Virus record (IMG/VR): IMGVR_UViG_3300009148_000002
Location: 10,993 to 74,992 of that record
Reading direction: 5' to 3' (one strand)
Source of the DNA: a virus
Taxonomy: Duplodnaviria; Caudoviricetes
DNA: 64,000 nt
The notes below the pieces were generated by a model that saw only the letters and a program-made list of their open reading frames with translations, was not told the origin of the DNA and ran no database searches. Of the stretch, positions 19,801 through 27,535 are shown piece by piece. Positions within the stretch are counted from its first letter, which is position 1, and every line of letters starts with the position of its first letter. Made by a program: the position numbers and the translations under genes.

Positions 19801-20728
19801 GCCAGTTCTTGCTGAACGTAGCGTCGTAGGTTTTGTCCGTGAACTTGTTCGCCGCGATGTCGAGGATTTCCTGAATCGCTTCCGTCGATCCTTCCCATCC
19901 CGCCGCCTTGGGCACTTCGCGAAACGCCCGTTTCACCACTTGGCCCCACACCAGCTTCTTCATCGGTGCTTCCGCCGCGTCCAACACGCTCCCGAATATC
20001 TTGAATCCAGACAGCGTATCCAGCGCCGCCTTGGCACCGCCAAACGCCAGCGCAGTCCACGGCGCATCTTGGCCGGTTTCTTCCTGAATGCCGCCGTATG
20101 TCTCGCCGACGTTCTGCGCTGCACCCGATGCCGACACCGTGCCGACGGTGAGCAGATTCGCCAGACGCGGCCCCCAACCAAGCGCCGTAGCGCCCACTCG
20201 CGCCGCCCCACCCGGCCCGATCATCGAAAGCATGTTCGGCACCTGTTGCGCCGTCCGCGTGGCCACGTAGTTCAGGAAGTTCGACGGCGACTCGACAGCT
20301 TCACCGAAGTTTTCCACCTTCTCATCCGGGATAGCCTTGGCGATGTCATCAAACTTCTGGCCTTGATCGTGCAGATATTTCTTGAATGAATCCAAGCCGG
20401 TGAGTGTCGCAGCAAGTTCGCCTGCCTTGAGCAGCGTCTTATCCAGATTCGCCGCCCCGCGCACGAACGAACGGCCAACTTCCGTGCTGGTAATCGCTCC
20501 AATAACCGGATTCTGCTGCGCTTGGAAGGATTGTATCTGTGCCTGACGCCGACGCTCGCGTTCCGCACGGCTGATGGTAGGAAAAAGCGGCGCATCGACT
20601 CTGGCCGGCTGCGGAAGCTCGGAAGAACTCAGTAGATTCGGCCCGCCATCGTCTCCGTCACCCTCAACACCAAACGCCGATGGCGGTTTCAACGCCAGCA
20701 ATTCGTCATCGGTTAAAGTCAAGGCCAC
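13883..20728 (-). CDS. giant (2281 aa) internal virion / DNA ejection protein
   Basis: Largest ORF, Ala/Glu/Lys-rich helical, follows smaller ejection-type genes as in podoviruses; Arg-rich C-terminal tail; GTG start. Confidence 0.65.
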   Translation of the reverse strand: MALTLTDDELLALKPPSAFGVEGDGDDGGPNLLSSSELPQPARVDAPLFPTISRAERERRRQAQIQSFQAQQNPVIGAITSTEVGRSFVRGAANLDKTLLKAGELAATLTGLDSFKKYLHDQGQKFDDIAKAIPDEKVENFGEAVESPSNFLNYVATRTAQQVPNMLSMIGPGGAARVGATALGWGPRLANLLTVGTVSASGAAQNVGETYGGIQEETGQDAPWTALAFGGAKAALDTLSGFKIFGSVLDAAEAPMKKLVWGQVVKRAFREVPKAAGWEGSTEAIQEILDIAANKFTDKTYDATFSKNWPRVLEAGVMAAVSSPFFSSATRAASDISSAKQYEARQEAPAKFIGYQETADGKALPLFNLTQDVDKFTKDSTLTGNTLESLGFKLPAIPTQEQYNATQQRNVEQSTERQRGGTDTQLQGQGAEERGSVGRRGILRNPAAEQKETAPTSAAMRDKKTGEVWYGQPTHGLVLDTIPNAGSRDLESGFATKAGKFLTPEETVGVVGERQARNIEEMSASERERWSAGALTEQSGTIDSLIAKLESWKVKKDDKPGTYSFPHPEIFKSIATDTWNSALQIGIDLLLKGRGISTAIANVIAHLRGNVEDFDKIDETKLREWLGTDLEKLGKTEQAKTTGYEPKWTTGVNQLADAARSKDFSAKEWVAQRGDKQAAFDAAHFALKQKISDSIRRKYLAVQREARRTGNNILAEGESVQASISGERTPVEPPASQAAPKVRELIELMPVGTVIEFTEPGTIRHRIVGTVVGDKLNPSTGQRELEVKTKFGRTEYASGADDITLAPKPQAETPPPATAALPTTAEAQPAAVPPAAPPPPPAEPEPVVEAAKPGVETKVLNSVFTVASKEGITPERTAQNISNADEALRAAGFKDIRLETYTKPKEEGGQQQSIYFLPRTGFDMTAEGNRLADAFEQQLKQQGTATERPVGMLLNTIRENFKNPNSALVDMATPTRYRLFRLAQSEASRRGTQLGELNQFSASLSEIAMNLDIHLRSIWHDNLGGEVISETLQKIVTAFREFFTAKEIETALNPLHLQETVQRLLQANERDQGGRLYRKIQQALKPKIKPTLEKLGRTADVEEAFNKILAELGNPTLKPSDKMTPLEKVLRMVTPGADARLTDMIARAVEEAELNAGRKVALADPQVSEDDKAMIGRGDVEPSLEQIERGLLLPEFAHWKRIRDDIALGYSPITLKLTQRLLAADFQGLQFGKPIAKPAETRINLRELAKSPDSEVQRVFDAYSADLAANMNLKNATPETIERVNRLVRDQIGEQLANRRQDIRDAVFAERAASVTDPDKLRSLREKINAGLLDDPRLSDPELLQRAAENSSIRKLLPSMTELMNTILESPRYNLNEIKQDISDALVKRLGLTGDQADELANLIYKSLEGTKESPGPLLRARTKALDKVKAELGPQQKREIKKGKTLWQAIERGVRAGYFDAESALEENARANKWTVPTPEQKAQLKAWAEEEIRLRTPSPRQLADAGGDVAKATSAAEAATQTQRLELIKKIQANWSRWSMPIKWSQWLTNPTVAKNNAKAADEVAAANLLFKFGFLVRQFMDAGIVSIPLNRANRALAHVLERAAADGGFSRQTLADLHASLTEMSKASVESFKETWRAMKATLHGAADQKTLDRMKQSIGIFDRMLAKADELEAKGNMAAARAIRTATILRAGYRVAATLDVAQAVGAEWQEMRQQLVTELRAQGKNAAQIKMVEDEIFGNIRVAMTQAIEEARLSAEERGLPTDKKELEKNAWAILLNTTYDQMQKATGSATDFRAENQMLRELYGWNLPETGGVGGIIASTIGGIRKAAQERGVPLGGLFSFGNAMGTATNRMLTFMGGGLFGGWGFGDSPWYQGERNIRQRRIEAIEGLAAIGVLTALAAAGKLIVHTQYPKDKEEKEKFIAGGHKLNTVEFLSDDGKQWAAYPIQMSPFSFVASPLYMIGGIQRLYSNQAREQARLDAEAKRKGTIAGKVKPVGLGDMLGVIAQGIYGAFTGGRTATGAIQSFSDYGDFKLNKAVASLAAPYLPGIPAWQEVSRMLGTSMDTRTATVLELLTPNPWSPHQRVNSLGDPLVNPNAATRVLQVLTGGVGFGSEDDLKANHAYQQIFMANYSTPEVGRNKGYDFNGTIRPMKPEELEKYVVARGQAFKAALQNVDVSGLPEAEARKVVQQAYRNASNTALASVGATPVASGTSFPSLSLGPSQRISLGSGVAAGGIRVLSRGRSLLGRSRRIRPRSSLRRGSRLATIRRRRRRRIFA

Positions 20729-20794
20729 GTAGGTATTATGTGGCCTAATGCAATAGATAAGTCAATAAAAGTGATGGCGCTGTGAAACTTTTTG

Positions 20795-20822
20795 TTGACA
20801 AGCAATCGTATGATGGTATGCT
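20795..20822 (+). promoter_or_regulatory. sigma70-like promoter
   Basis: TTGACA (20795)-16 nt-TGn TATGCT (20817); predicted start about 20829 is the first base of the structured RNA unit. Confidence 0.7.
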
Positions 20823-20828
20823 GCGCGA

Positions 20829-20960
20829 GTTCTTTGAGAGCGGGGGAGTCAATTGCTTGCATGAACGTGATGCAGGTCGGAGTGCAAGACGCCGACGGCA
20901 AAATTGTCACGGCTGCATTAAAAACAGCCAGCTTGAGTAACCGCCCCGCTCTCAGGGAAC
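20829..20960 (+). ncRNA. putative structured RNA unit D1
   Basis: 17-bp closing stem GTTCTTTGAGAGCGGGG / CCCCGCTCTCAGGGAAC (2 G.U) enclosing hairpins TGCAT/ATGCA, GTCGG/CCGAC, GGCTG/CAGCC. Confidence 0.6.
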
Positions 20961-20969
20961 ACCTGAGAT

Positions 20970-21060
20970 GTTCTTTGAGTGCTGGTGGCTAAGTTGCTAC
21001 TCCATCGCGGTAGGTTCGTCTCAATGCCTCCAACGCGATAGCCGCCAGCGCTCAGAGAAT
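20970..21060 (+). ncRNA. putative structured RNA unit D2
   Basis: 22-bp closing stem GTTCTTTGAGTGCTGGTGGCTA / TAGCCGCCAGCGCTCAGAGAAT (4 G.U) with inner ATCGCG/CGCGAT stem. Confidence 0.6.
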
Positions 21061-21062
21061 AA

Positions 21063-21257
21063 ATGAAAACATTTGAAATCATCGCGGCTAACGGCAACCG
21101 CTACAAAATTGTTGCCGACCACTATGTTGTTGGAGGCAGTAAAGAATTCGTCACAAATCGTGACACAATTTATTTCTACGCGGAGGACGGCACCGTTGCG
21201 GCCACGGCTGTCACAAGGAATGTTGTGCTTATAGCACCACTCGGCGAAATAACATGA
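21063..21257 (+). CDS. hypothetical protein
   Basis: First ORF after D2; coupled to next ORF. Confidence 0.55.
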   Translation: MKTFEIIAANGNRYKIVADHYVVGGSKEFVTNRDTIYFYAEDGTVAATAVTRNVVLIAPLGEIT

Positions 21258-21448
21258 ACTCCTACCGCTGCAACGTGTGCAAGAAAGTCGTGAAGCGAGA
21301 TAGCACCAAGCTGTGGATTAAATCGGTGTGCGCTAGCGGCGGCACATGCGGGTGGTCGAGGCTCTACCGGCTCGCGCCCAATGCCGCGAGACTATGGAAA
21401 AGGAATGATGCCGCGATAGCCAAAAAGTTTAACGCGGTCGCTTTTTGA
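21254..21448 (+). CDS. hypothetical Cys-containing protein
   Basis: ATGA overlap; CNVC...C...C. Confidence 0.5.
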   Translation: MNSYRCNVCKKVVKRDSTKLWIKSVCASGGTCGWSRLYRLAPNAARLWKRNDAAIAKKFNAVAF

Positions 21449-21449
21449 A

Positions 21450-21788
21450 ATGAAGAAGCACAACTTAAAAAATCTCGCGCCGAAGATCGCCACAAATATC
21501 AAGCAGTGCGGAAACGTTACCGCCTGCTCACCAAATCAGCCAAGCGCGGCGATACTGGCAAATGTGTTTGGCATTAACTGGAAGAAGATGAACGAGGCGA
21601 ACGCAAGGCGTCGAAAAAGGCGACCTATCGGCGCACTTGGGTTGTATGATTTTCTGACATGGAGTGGGCGTTGTGAAGATGTGAAGAAAGCTATGAAGGC
21701 TCTCAGGCAATTCAAGAAACCGACAGCGGAAATCCACTTCGACAAAGACGTCTATCCCGACGGCGTGATCTGCCGGTGGAAGTATTGA
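21450..21788 (+). CDS. hypothetical protein
   Basis: Tightly packed plus-strand cassette. Confidence 0.5.
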   Translation: MKKHNLKNLAPKIATNIKQCGNVTACSPNQPSAAILANVFGINWKKMNEANARRRKRRPIGALGLYDFLTWSGRCEDVKKAMKALRQFKKPTAEIHFDKDVYPDGVICRWKY

Positions 21789-21789
21789 A

Positions 21790-21990
21790 ATGAACATCCG
21801 AATCCAACACGAATACGCCATGTACTTGGTTCGTGAATTAAACTACGGAATGAACTGGAAGTTTCAACCGAGTTATTACGCGAAGCTAAATGCGAGACGC
21901 GAGCGCCGCAATCCAAACCGTCGCCAGCCGTGGTTTGGCGACAAGCGCAACGCCGCGTGGAAGTCGCGATTCTATTTCAAATACGCTTGA
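21790..21990 (+). CDS. hypothetical basic protein
   Basis: Tightly packed plus-strand cassette. Confidence 0.45.
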   Translation: MNIRIQHEYAMYLVRELNYGMNWKFQPSYYAKLNARRERRNPNRRQPWFGDKRNAAWKSRFYFKYA

Positions 21991-22037
21991 CGGATGTGCC
22001 GGTTTTGAGCAAGACAAAGCAACAGTAAGGCTGAATA

Positions 22038-22559
22038 ATGAGAAGTGAAAGAGTCAGACTGGCTATCGTAGCAGCCATTGAAGACGGATTAAAATACAAG
22101 GATGGAAAGGTTATTTCTCCATTTGGCAGGGTGCTTTCACCGTATCTAATGCGTAATGGTTATTACGGCATTAACATCTGTTCCCGTCTTGTAAAGGTGC
22201 GTATTCCATTTGGAAGACTTGTGTGTTGGTTGGTTCACGGGCCTCCGCCTTCTGATAAGCACGATGTCGATCACATTGACAGGAACAGTGCGAATAATGC
22301 GCCTTCAAATCTCCGATGGTTACTTCACCGAGACAACCTTGAGAATATGCGAAACAAAGATGCTCACAGGGAAGCTATGCGCCATGTCGGTGAGAAAAAT
22401 CACAGCGCCAAACTGACCGATGTATCTGTGTTGGCTATTCGCACGTCCTTCAACAAAGGCGATAGAATTAAGGACTTAGCCATCGCGCATAATGCGTCAC
22501 CGCAAGCCATCATCGGTGTCGTTTATGGACGCGCATGGAAGCATGTGGTGAGCGCATGA
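22038..22559 (+). CDS. HNH endonuclease with C-terminal HTH-like domain
   Basis: RLVCWLVHGPPP...DVDHIDRNSANN..SNLRW....N; NHSAKLT...V.AIR tail. Confidence 0.88.
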   Translation: MRSERVRLAIVAAIEDGLKYKDGKVISPFGRVLSPYLMRNGYYGINICSRLVKVRIPFGRLVCWLVHGPPPSDKHDVDHIDRNSANNAPSNLRWLLHRDNLENMRNKDAHREAMRHVGEKNHSAKLTDVSVLAIRTSFNKGDRIKDLAIAHNASPQAIIGVVYGRAWKHVVSA

Positions 22560-22603
22560 CGACGATTGCGGTGCTGTTTGGACACTGACTCGCGAGGTTG
22601 GAA

Positions 22604-23446
22604 CTACCTCCACAAACCCGGAAAACCAGCACCGCCTTGGAACTGAGCTTTCCAGATGTCGAATATTGTCGGGCCGGCTTGTTGTAGATTTGGCTGGACG
22701 GCAGATGTGGGCGGCAGCACTGGTGCGTCAGAATACAGGTCGTTTGACTTCAAAGCAGCCGGACCGGAAAGTATTGGAGGTAAACCTATCTGATTTTGTG
22801 GTGTGGTCGCAGTGACGCCTGTGGCCGGCGTGGTAACTGCACCAGAAGCAGGAGGCATCTGATTCTTCAACGGATTGAACTCAATGCCAAAATTCTTCGC
22901 CGCTTTATCCAATGCGTCCAGCTTGGCTTTCTTTTCCGCAAAAGCTTCCGACAACGCGTACCATTTCTTGTTCAAAACCGGGTCTGCATTTATCCGAGCG
23001 CGTCCAGTTGTGGTCTGAGAAAGTGCAGCGATTGGCGTCAATTCTCGACGGATTACATCAAGCTCACCTTCAAGGATCGGTTTCTGAATGTGATACTGAT
23101 TGTTGAAATCCTCGCGCTGGCTCATCCAAGTGAGATTGTCCACGTCACGCGCCGTCGGCCTCTCAGCCTGCTTTCTCAAGATGTCCAGTTGCGTGTCGCG
23201 CTGCCGGTTCTCAACCACGGCCTGAGCCTGCCGATCCGCCCTGTCGCGTTCAGACAGCGATAGCTGCGTCATCAGGCGTTGGTTCTCAGCATCGAGGCGC
23301 TGTTTCTCAAGGCGATTACGCGCCAGCAAGCTAAGGAATTGCTGTTCCGATTGGCTTCTTGCGTCACGAGCAGCCCGCGTGCGTTCCGCGTCAGAATTGA
23401 CGAGCGGAATCGAACCACCGTTCGGGCCTGTGTAAAAGTAATCCAT
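22604..23446 (-). CDS. putative internal virion (ejection) protein
   Basis: Gln/Arg coiled coil; position upstream of the giant gene. Confidence 0.5.
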   Translation of the reverse strand: MDYFYTGPNGGSIPLVNSDAERTRAARDARSQSEQQFLSLLARNRLEKQRLDAENQRLMTQLSLSERDRADRQAQAVVENRQRDTQLDILRKQAERPTARDVDNLTWMSQREDFNNQYHIQKPILEGELDVIRRELTPIAALSQTTTGRARINADPVLNKKWYALSEAFAEKKAKLDALDKAAKNFGIEFNPLKNQMPPASGAVTTPATGVTATTPQNQIGLPPILSGPAALKSNDLYSDAPVLPPTSAVQPNLQQAGPTIFDIWKAQFQGGAGFPGLWR

Positions 23447-23448
23447 GC

Positions 23449-24429
23449 TTAGAATACGGGCGTTGAATTAGCCCACGGATAGGATGCCGGAGCGCCGCCA
23501 CCACCATTGTTCCGAGAAAGCATCGCCGCGAGCATCTGCATTAGTTGTGCGTTGTTCCCTCCGCCTCCTGCACCTCCGCCTCCGCCCATGCCGCCGAGCA
23601 GGCTACCGATTCCTCCACCTCCACCGCCTCCACCACCCATCATTCCATAAAGACTCATCCCTGTGTCCACGGCGGAATTTAGGCTGGTATCCACCGCCTT
23701 GAGCGCACCCGACCACCGCTCGCCAGCACCCTTCGGTTGCACCCAACTGAGCAGGTTGTTTTTGTTGACGTTCACAATTCTGTCGAGGTTCGCCAACTTG
23801 TTCGCCAAGCTTTGATCCGTGACTTGCATCGGCATCAGAGTTCTGCCGGCCAACGCATTCAGGATTTCTGTCGGCTGGCCGATAGTGGATTTCTTCAACA
23901 GCAAGTCGGATAGCCGGTTGGCCTGCCCTGTGCCGTAGGAAGTGTTGATGGCGTTCGTCAGGTAAGGCGCAAGCTCACTGGAAAGCCGGTTGGCAGCATT
24001 GCCTTCAAGGATCGTCTCGTAACTGCCAGGAGGCGCTGCCGGTATGCCTAGGTTGGCGTAGGAGATTTTGCGAGCGCGTTCGCGTGCGGCGGCTGCCGGG
24101 CCTTGGATGTCCGTCGAAAACAGATTGCGCCAAAGCTCGATGTTCTTTCCGAGTTCAGCCGTGGGATCGTAGCCCGCATTGCGCAGGCTTGTCAGCCAGC
24201 TAATGTCCGATTGCGCCAGATCGCCAGCTTGGCCAGCCGTGTTTCCGATGGCTGAACGGTACGCGCCAAGATCAGCCGTCCGTTGCGCTAGCTCATCGCG
24301 GAAAGTCGGGTGAATCTGTCGAAGCGTGTCGCTGGCCAGCGGATCAATCCAATGGCGAATCGGGTCTTTCTCGCCCGGCCTGTCCACCAGCGATCCGATT
24401 ACCTCGCCAAGATTGAAAATCTGTGACAT
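23449..24429 (-). CDS. putative DNA pilot/ejection protein
   Basis: Ala/Asn/Leu-rich with poly-Gly C-terminal region; position. Confidence 0.55.
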   Translation of the reverse strand: MSQIFNLGEVIGSLVDRPGEKDPIRHWIDPLASDTLRQIHPTFRDELAQRTADLGAYRSAIGNTAGQAGDLAQSDISWLTSLRNAGYDPTAELGKNIELWRNLFSTDIQGPAAAARERARKISYANLGIPAAPPGSYETILEGNAANRLSSELAPYLTNAINTSYGTGQANRLSDLLLKKSTIGQPTEILNALAGRTLMPMQVTDQSLANKLANLDRIVNVNKNNLLSWVQPKGAGERWSGALKAVDTSLNSAVDTGMSLYGMMGGGGGGGGGIGSLLGGMGGGGGAGGGGNNAQLMQMLAAMLSRNNGGGGAPASYPWANSTPVF

Positions 24430-24440
24430 ATCAGATCATC

Positions 24441-24668
24441 TTATGACCTTCCTTCGCGCAATGCAAGCAACCATTGTTGCAACAATTCCTGCGTGTTATC
24501 GCGCACTCGTTTCTGTTCGGCGTTGAATTCGTCCACGGTTTGTTGCAGTCCAGCAAAGCGATCCGTCATGGAACGCGGAAATTTTAGGATCGGCGCTGGC
24601 GGCAGGTTGAACTCGCGCAAGTTTTCCTTGCTCACCGTTAGCCGCCGCATGTTGAGTGGGAGAGGCAT
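24441..24668 (-). CDS. hypothetical virion-associated protein
   Basis: Directly upstream of ejection genes. Confidence 0.5.
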   Translation of the reverse strand: MPLPLNMRRLTVSKENLREFNLPPAPILKFPRSMTDRFAGLQQTVDEFNAEQKRVRDNTQELLQQWLLALREGRS

Positions 24669-24670
24669 AG

Positions 24671-24937
24671 TTAGCAGGTGCCTGAGTCATCTTTGTGCAC
24701 TGCGTATATTTCTTTGAACAAGCTGCGAATTTCTTCCTCAGTAAATTCGTATCTCGAAACTGTAAAGCCAGAAGCGGAGTCCCATCCAACAATTGGGTCT
24801 GATTCGTTGGAGTACAAAACCTCGTAAACCCAATGATTCCATTTGATTGGTTTAACATGGTTCGCCGCAAACACACCGCCAACGGCAGCCGCAGCGCCTC
24901 CGAACAGTTTGGTGAAGAAGTTACGACGGGTTAGCAT
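24671..24937 (-). CDS. small protein with twin-arginine signal-like N-terminus
   Basis: MLTRRNFFTKLFGGAAAAVGG matches (S/T)RRxFLK plus hydrophobic core. Confidence 0.6.
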   Translation of the reverse strand: MLTRRNFFTKLFGGAAAAVGGVFAANHVKPIKWNHWVYEVLYSNESDPIVGWDSASGFTVSRYEFTEEEIRSLFKEIYAVHKDDSGTC

Positions 24938-25173
24938 TTGTCTCTTTCAGCCACAAGGCGATTAAATCTAATACGCAAATACTCCTGAGCTACTCGGTTC
25001 ATAGCCATGTCAAACCTAGCAAGTGGTGAAGCTCCGCAAGCCCACACATTTGCATCAGGCCGGTAAACCGGAACGGCTTGAGCAACAGGCGCGGCATCCG
25101 GCCACGCAATCGGCAGAGTTACAACGGACGCAGCAGCAACGGCTGACTTTTTGATGAATGCTCGGCGGTTCAT
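24931..25173 (-). CDS. small protein with twin-arginine signal-like N-terminus
   Basis: MNRRAFIKKSAVAAASVVTLPIAW. Confidence 0.6.
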   Translation of the reverse strand: MNRRAFIKKSAVAAASVVTLPIAWPDAAPVAQAVPVYRPDANVWACGASPLARFDMAMNRVAQEYLRIRFNRLVAERDKC

Positions 25174-25487
25174 TTCCTCTCCATTGTCACCTTGTAAGCA
25201 AGGTCGAGCAATTCATCACTATCGAGTTTCGGCTCAACCGGCTCCACGGCGAACGAATTGGGGTCGTGCGTGTTGCTTATTTCTATGGGAGGCATTTCAA
25301 ACATTCCGCCCATTGCAAGATGCCGGCACAGCTTGTCGAAATCTTCGCCTATTCGAGTGCACGCCTCTCTCTGTATTCGTTCGCCTATCACATGATCCGT
25401 GGAACTAAACGCCCGACCTTTGCCCGTCTCAAATTCCGCAATGAGCCGCCTCGCTTTGTCGAGTTGAGCCTGTAGGCCGTCTTTCAT
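25170..25487 (-). CDS. hypothetical protein
   Basis: Coupled overlap in accessory cassette. Confidence 0.55.
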   Translation of the reverse strand: MKDGLQAQLDKARRLIAEFETGKGRAFSSTDHVIGERIQREACTRIGEDFDKLCRHLAMGGMFEMPPIEISNTHDPNSFAVEPVEPKLDSDELLDLAYKVTMERK

Positions 25488-25488
25488 T

Positions 25489-25773
25489 TTAGCGCGGGAT
25501 GAAAATAACAGCGCTGTCGTGATCCTGCATCACCACAACAAGCGCAACCCACTCTCCGTAGGTAAGGTGCTTTGGATTGTCTGTTTGCTTACACCAAGCC
25601 GCATATCCAGCCCTTAGATTCGCATTGTATTCCTCCGTGAAAGAGTGAAACAGGTAGAAGAAAACACAGACCATCACAACCAGTCCGGCTACAACGATGA
25701 CCTCAATCTCCTTCCCACGCCACCAGCTTCTTTTATCTCGCAAGCGATTGAATAATATGTCTTGATAAGTCAT
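25489..25773 (-). CDS. membrane protein
   Basis: Clear TM helix VIVVAGLVVMVCVFFYLF; TTGACA at 25807-25802 upstream. Confidence 0.6.
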   Translation of the reverse strand: MTYQDILFNRLRDKRSWWRGKEIEVIVVAGLVVMVCVFFYLFHSFTEEYNANLRAGYAAWCKQTDNPKHLTYGEWVALVVVMQDHDSAVIFIPR

Positions 25774-25803
25774 AGCGCAATTAAGAGCCTGCTGTAGTTG
25801 TTG

Positions 25804-26256
25804 TCAAGTCCATTCTCCCTGCGCTCGCCTCGCGTTAATCACCATCTTAGACAAGCACGCATTCCCGCCCGTGATTTCAGACTGGCCTTCTACGGTGTCG
25901 ATCCAGATTCGGACAGCCAAATACCGCCCGCGATAGAATGTGTTGTAACGCGCCGTCAGATTTGGGCGCGTGTTGTTCGCTGCGTGTTCGGCGGCGGATT
26001 GCTCGGTCAGGCACGTCAACTCCTGTTCGCCAATGTCCTTCCATGTAACGCAGCGCGGTTGTGCGCCGTAAGCCATCTGAGCGAGCAACCGATTCGGCGT
26101 GGTTTGTTCCGCCGCCTCGAAATCCACCAGCACTTTGTTGATCGTCTTCTCAACATTCGTGCCGTAATCGTTCATATCTTGCTGAATCATCGACGAATAA
26201 CCGTCGAGCACGTAACGAGCACCATCCGGCCCGCGTGTCCAGTCTGTGCAGATCAT
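25804..26256 (-). CDS. C-terminal-domain-like fragment of the tail stabilisation protein
   Basis: KTINKVLVDF...FYRGRYLAVRI resembles the C-terminus of P22 gp10-like proteins; ATG 26256 (ATGA overlap, GGAGG upstream). Confidence 0.55.
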   Translation of the reverse strand: MICTDWTRGPDGARYVLDGYSSMIQQDMNDYGTNVEKTINKVLVDFEAAEQTTPNRLLAQMAYGAQPRCVTWKDIGEQELTCLTEQSAAEHAANNTRPNLTARYNTFYRGRYLAVRIWIDTVEGQSEITGGNACLSKMVINARRAQGEWT

Positions 26257-27533
26257 ACGGCCCTCCATTGCGTTGCGGTCGCGCTCTCGCGCAGATAAAG
26301 CGTAGTGCTGGTGCCGCCGCTGGTATTCAGGTAGCTGGTTCCAACCGGCGCTGAGACTACACCATCCGGTGAGCCAGCCCCGCGCATCGGTGAACCATCA
26401 ATGTGTGTTATCGCTCCGGTTGTTGGATTTGTTTTCTTGCCGTCGTAAGCGCATCCCTTCACGTCAACCAATCCTCCAACTTGGCTTGTTTTGATGTCGT
26501 AACCACTCGACACAACTCGCGTTATCTTGCATCCATCCAACGTGAGCTTGCCAGACTCGCCGTGACAGATTCCGTCAATGGTGCCACCAAAGTAATTGTG
26601 AATCCGCGCTCCGCGAACCGTGAGGTTGGTTGTGCCGGAAACAACCGTGCAGTCGTCGGAGCCATGAATCTCTTTGTAATCCAGAAACATTCGATCTGAA
26701 GCGCCCGACAACCATACCGTCCATCCCCATGAATCCATGAAGTCGCCTGTCAGGTGCAATGTGCTGGAAGAATTAACCGTTCCGAAAAGCGCCGAAATGC
26801 CGTTGGCTCCTGTGTAACTCTGGTACAGCCTTCCGATCCTTCCGCGCAAGCTCCCACCGTCGAATTCAACGGCTGGATTGTTGTCATCTTCGGACCAGCA
26901 TTCATCAATATCCACTGTCACGGTTGCGCCGGAATCGACGTAGAGCGCGATATGTCCAACAGACCAGCAGCGTGCAATCTTCAGAGTGGCTGTCGCATTC
27001 ACTATCGAGATGGCCTCTCCAGACGTTGACCACGCCGTTTGCGATTCCCATTTGAGATTACTGCTCGCGTTTTGAAGATAAATAACTTTGGCGTCTCCTA
27101 TGAACCTCCATCCCGGCGCGATTATCGTGTTAGCTGAAGCAACATTGTTGTCACGGAAGATTGCAAGTGTCTGCGCTCCACTCTGGCGCACGATTCCGTA
27201 GCCGATGAAATCGAAATTGACACCCGTCTTCAAAATCATCGGAGCCTCAGTGTAATCACCCGGAGCAACTGTAACAGTGTCTCCTGAAGTGGCGGCAGCC
27301 TGTGCGGCCTCAACGGTGAGAAACGGCTTGTCGATATGTTCGCGTGCGCCGGTGGAATCATTTCCGTCTTTGGAAACAAAGACTCGATTCCCGCCGTGCT
27401 TGATTAGCGCGAGCAGCGTGGCCGAGGAAAGCTTGCTGGTGGTAAACACGCCGGGAGATGTCTCGTTGTAAATGAGAACCCAATGATCCAAATTGGCCGT
27501 GGTGATTGTCGGATAGTCGATTGCTCTTGGCAT
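26253..27533 (-). CDS. tail spike/fibre with right-handed beta-helix
   Basis: VFVSKDGNDSTG...KPFLTVEAA..AA.SGDTVTVAPGDY (pectate-lyase-fold start); C-terminal RGAGSPDGVVSAPVGTSYLNTSGG module. Confidence 0.75.
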   Translation of the reverse strand: MPRAIDYPTITTANLDHWVLIYNETSPGVFTTSKLSSATLLALIKHGGNRVFVSKDGNDSTGAREHIDKPFLTVEAAQAAATSGDTVTVAPGDYTEAPMILKTGVNFDFIGYGIVRQSGAQTLAIFRDNNVASANTIIAPGWRFIGDAKVIYLQNASSNLKWESQTAWSTSGEAISIVNATATLKIARCWSVGHIALYVDSGATVTVDIDECWSEDDNNPAVEFDGGSLRGRIGRLYQSYTGANGISALFGTVNSSSTLHLTGDFMDSWGWTVWLSGASDRMFLDYKEIHGSDDCTVVSGTTNLTVRGARIHNYFGGTIDGICHGESGKLTLDGCKITRVVSSGYDIKTSQVGGLVDVKGCAYDGKKTNPTTGAITHIDGSPMRGAGSPDGVVSAPVGTSYLNTSGGTSTTLYLRESATATQWRAV

Positions 27534-27535
27534 AT

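Noticed and set aside
19442-20389. 315-aa plus-strand ORF and other long antisense ORFs (34802-35863, 39035-39859, 32234-32923, 38255-38953)
   Set aside because: Fully antisense to well-supported structural genes; typical shadows in GC-rich DNA.
20970-21060. D2 as a tRNA because it contains GGTTCG and ends in GCCA
   Set aside because: No D-arm or anticodon arm geometry; the CCA is part of the long closing stem.
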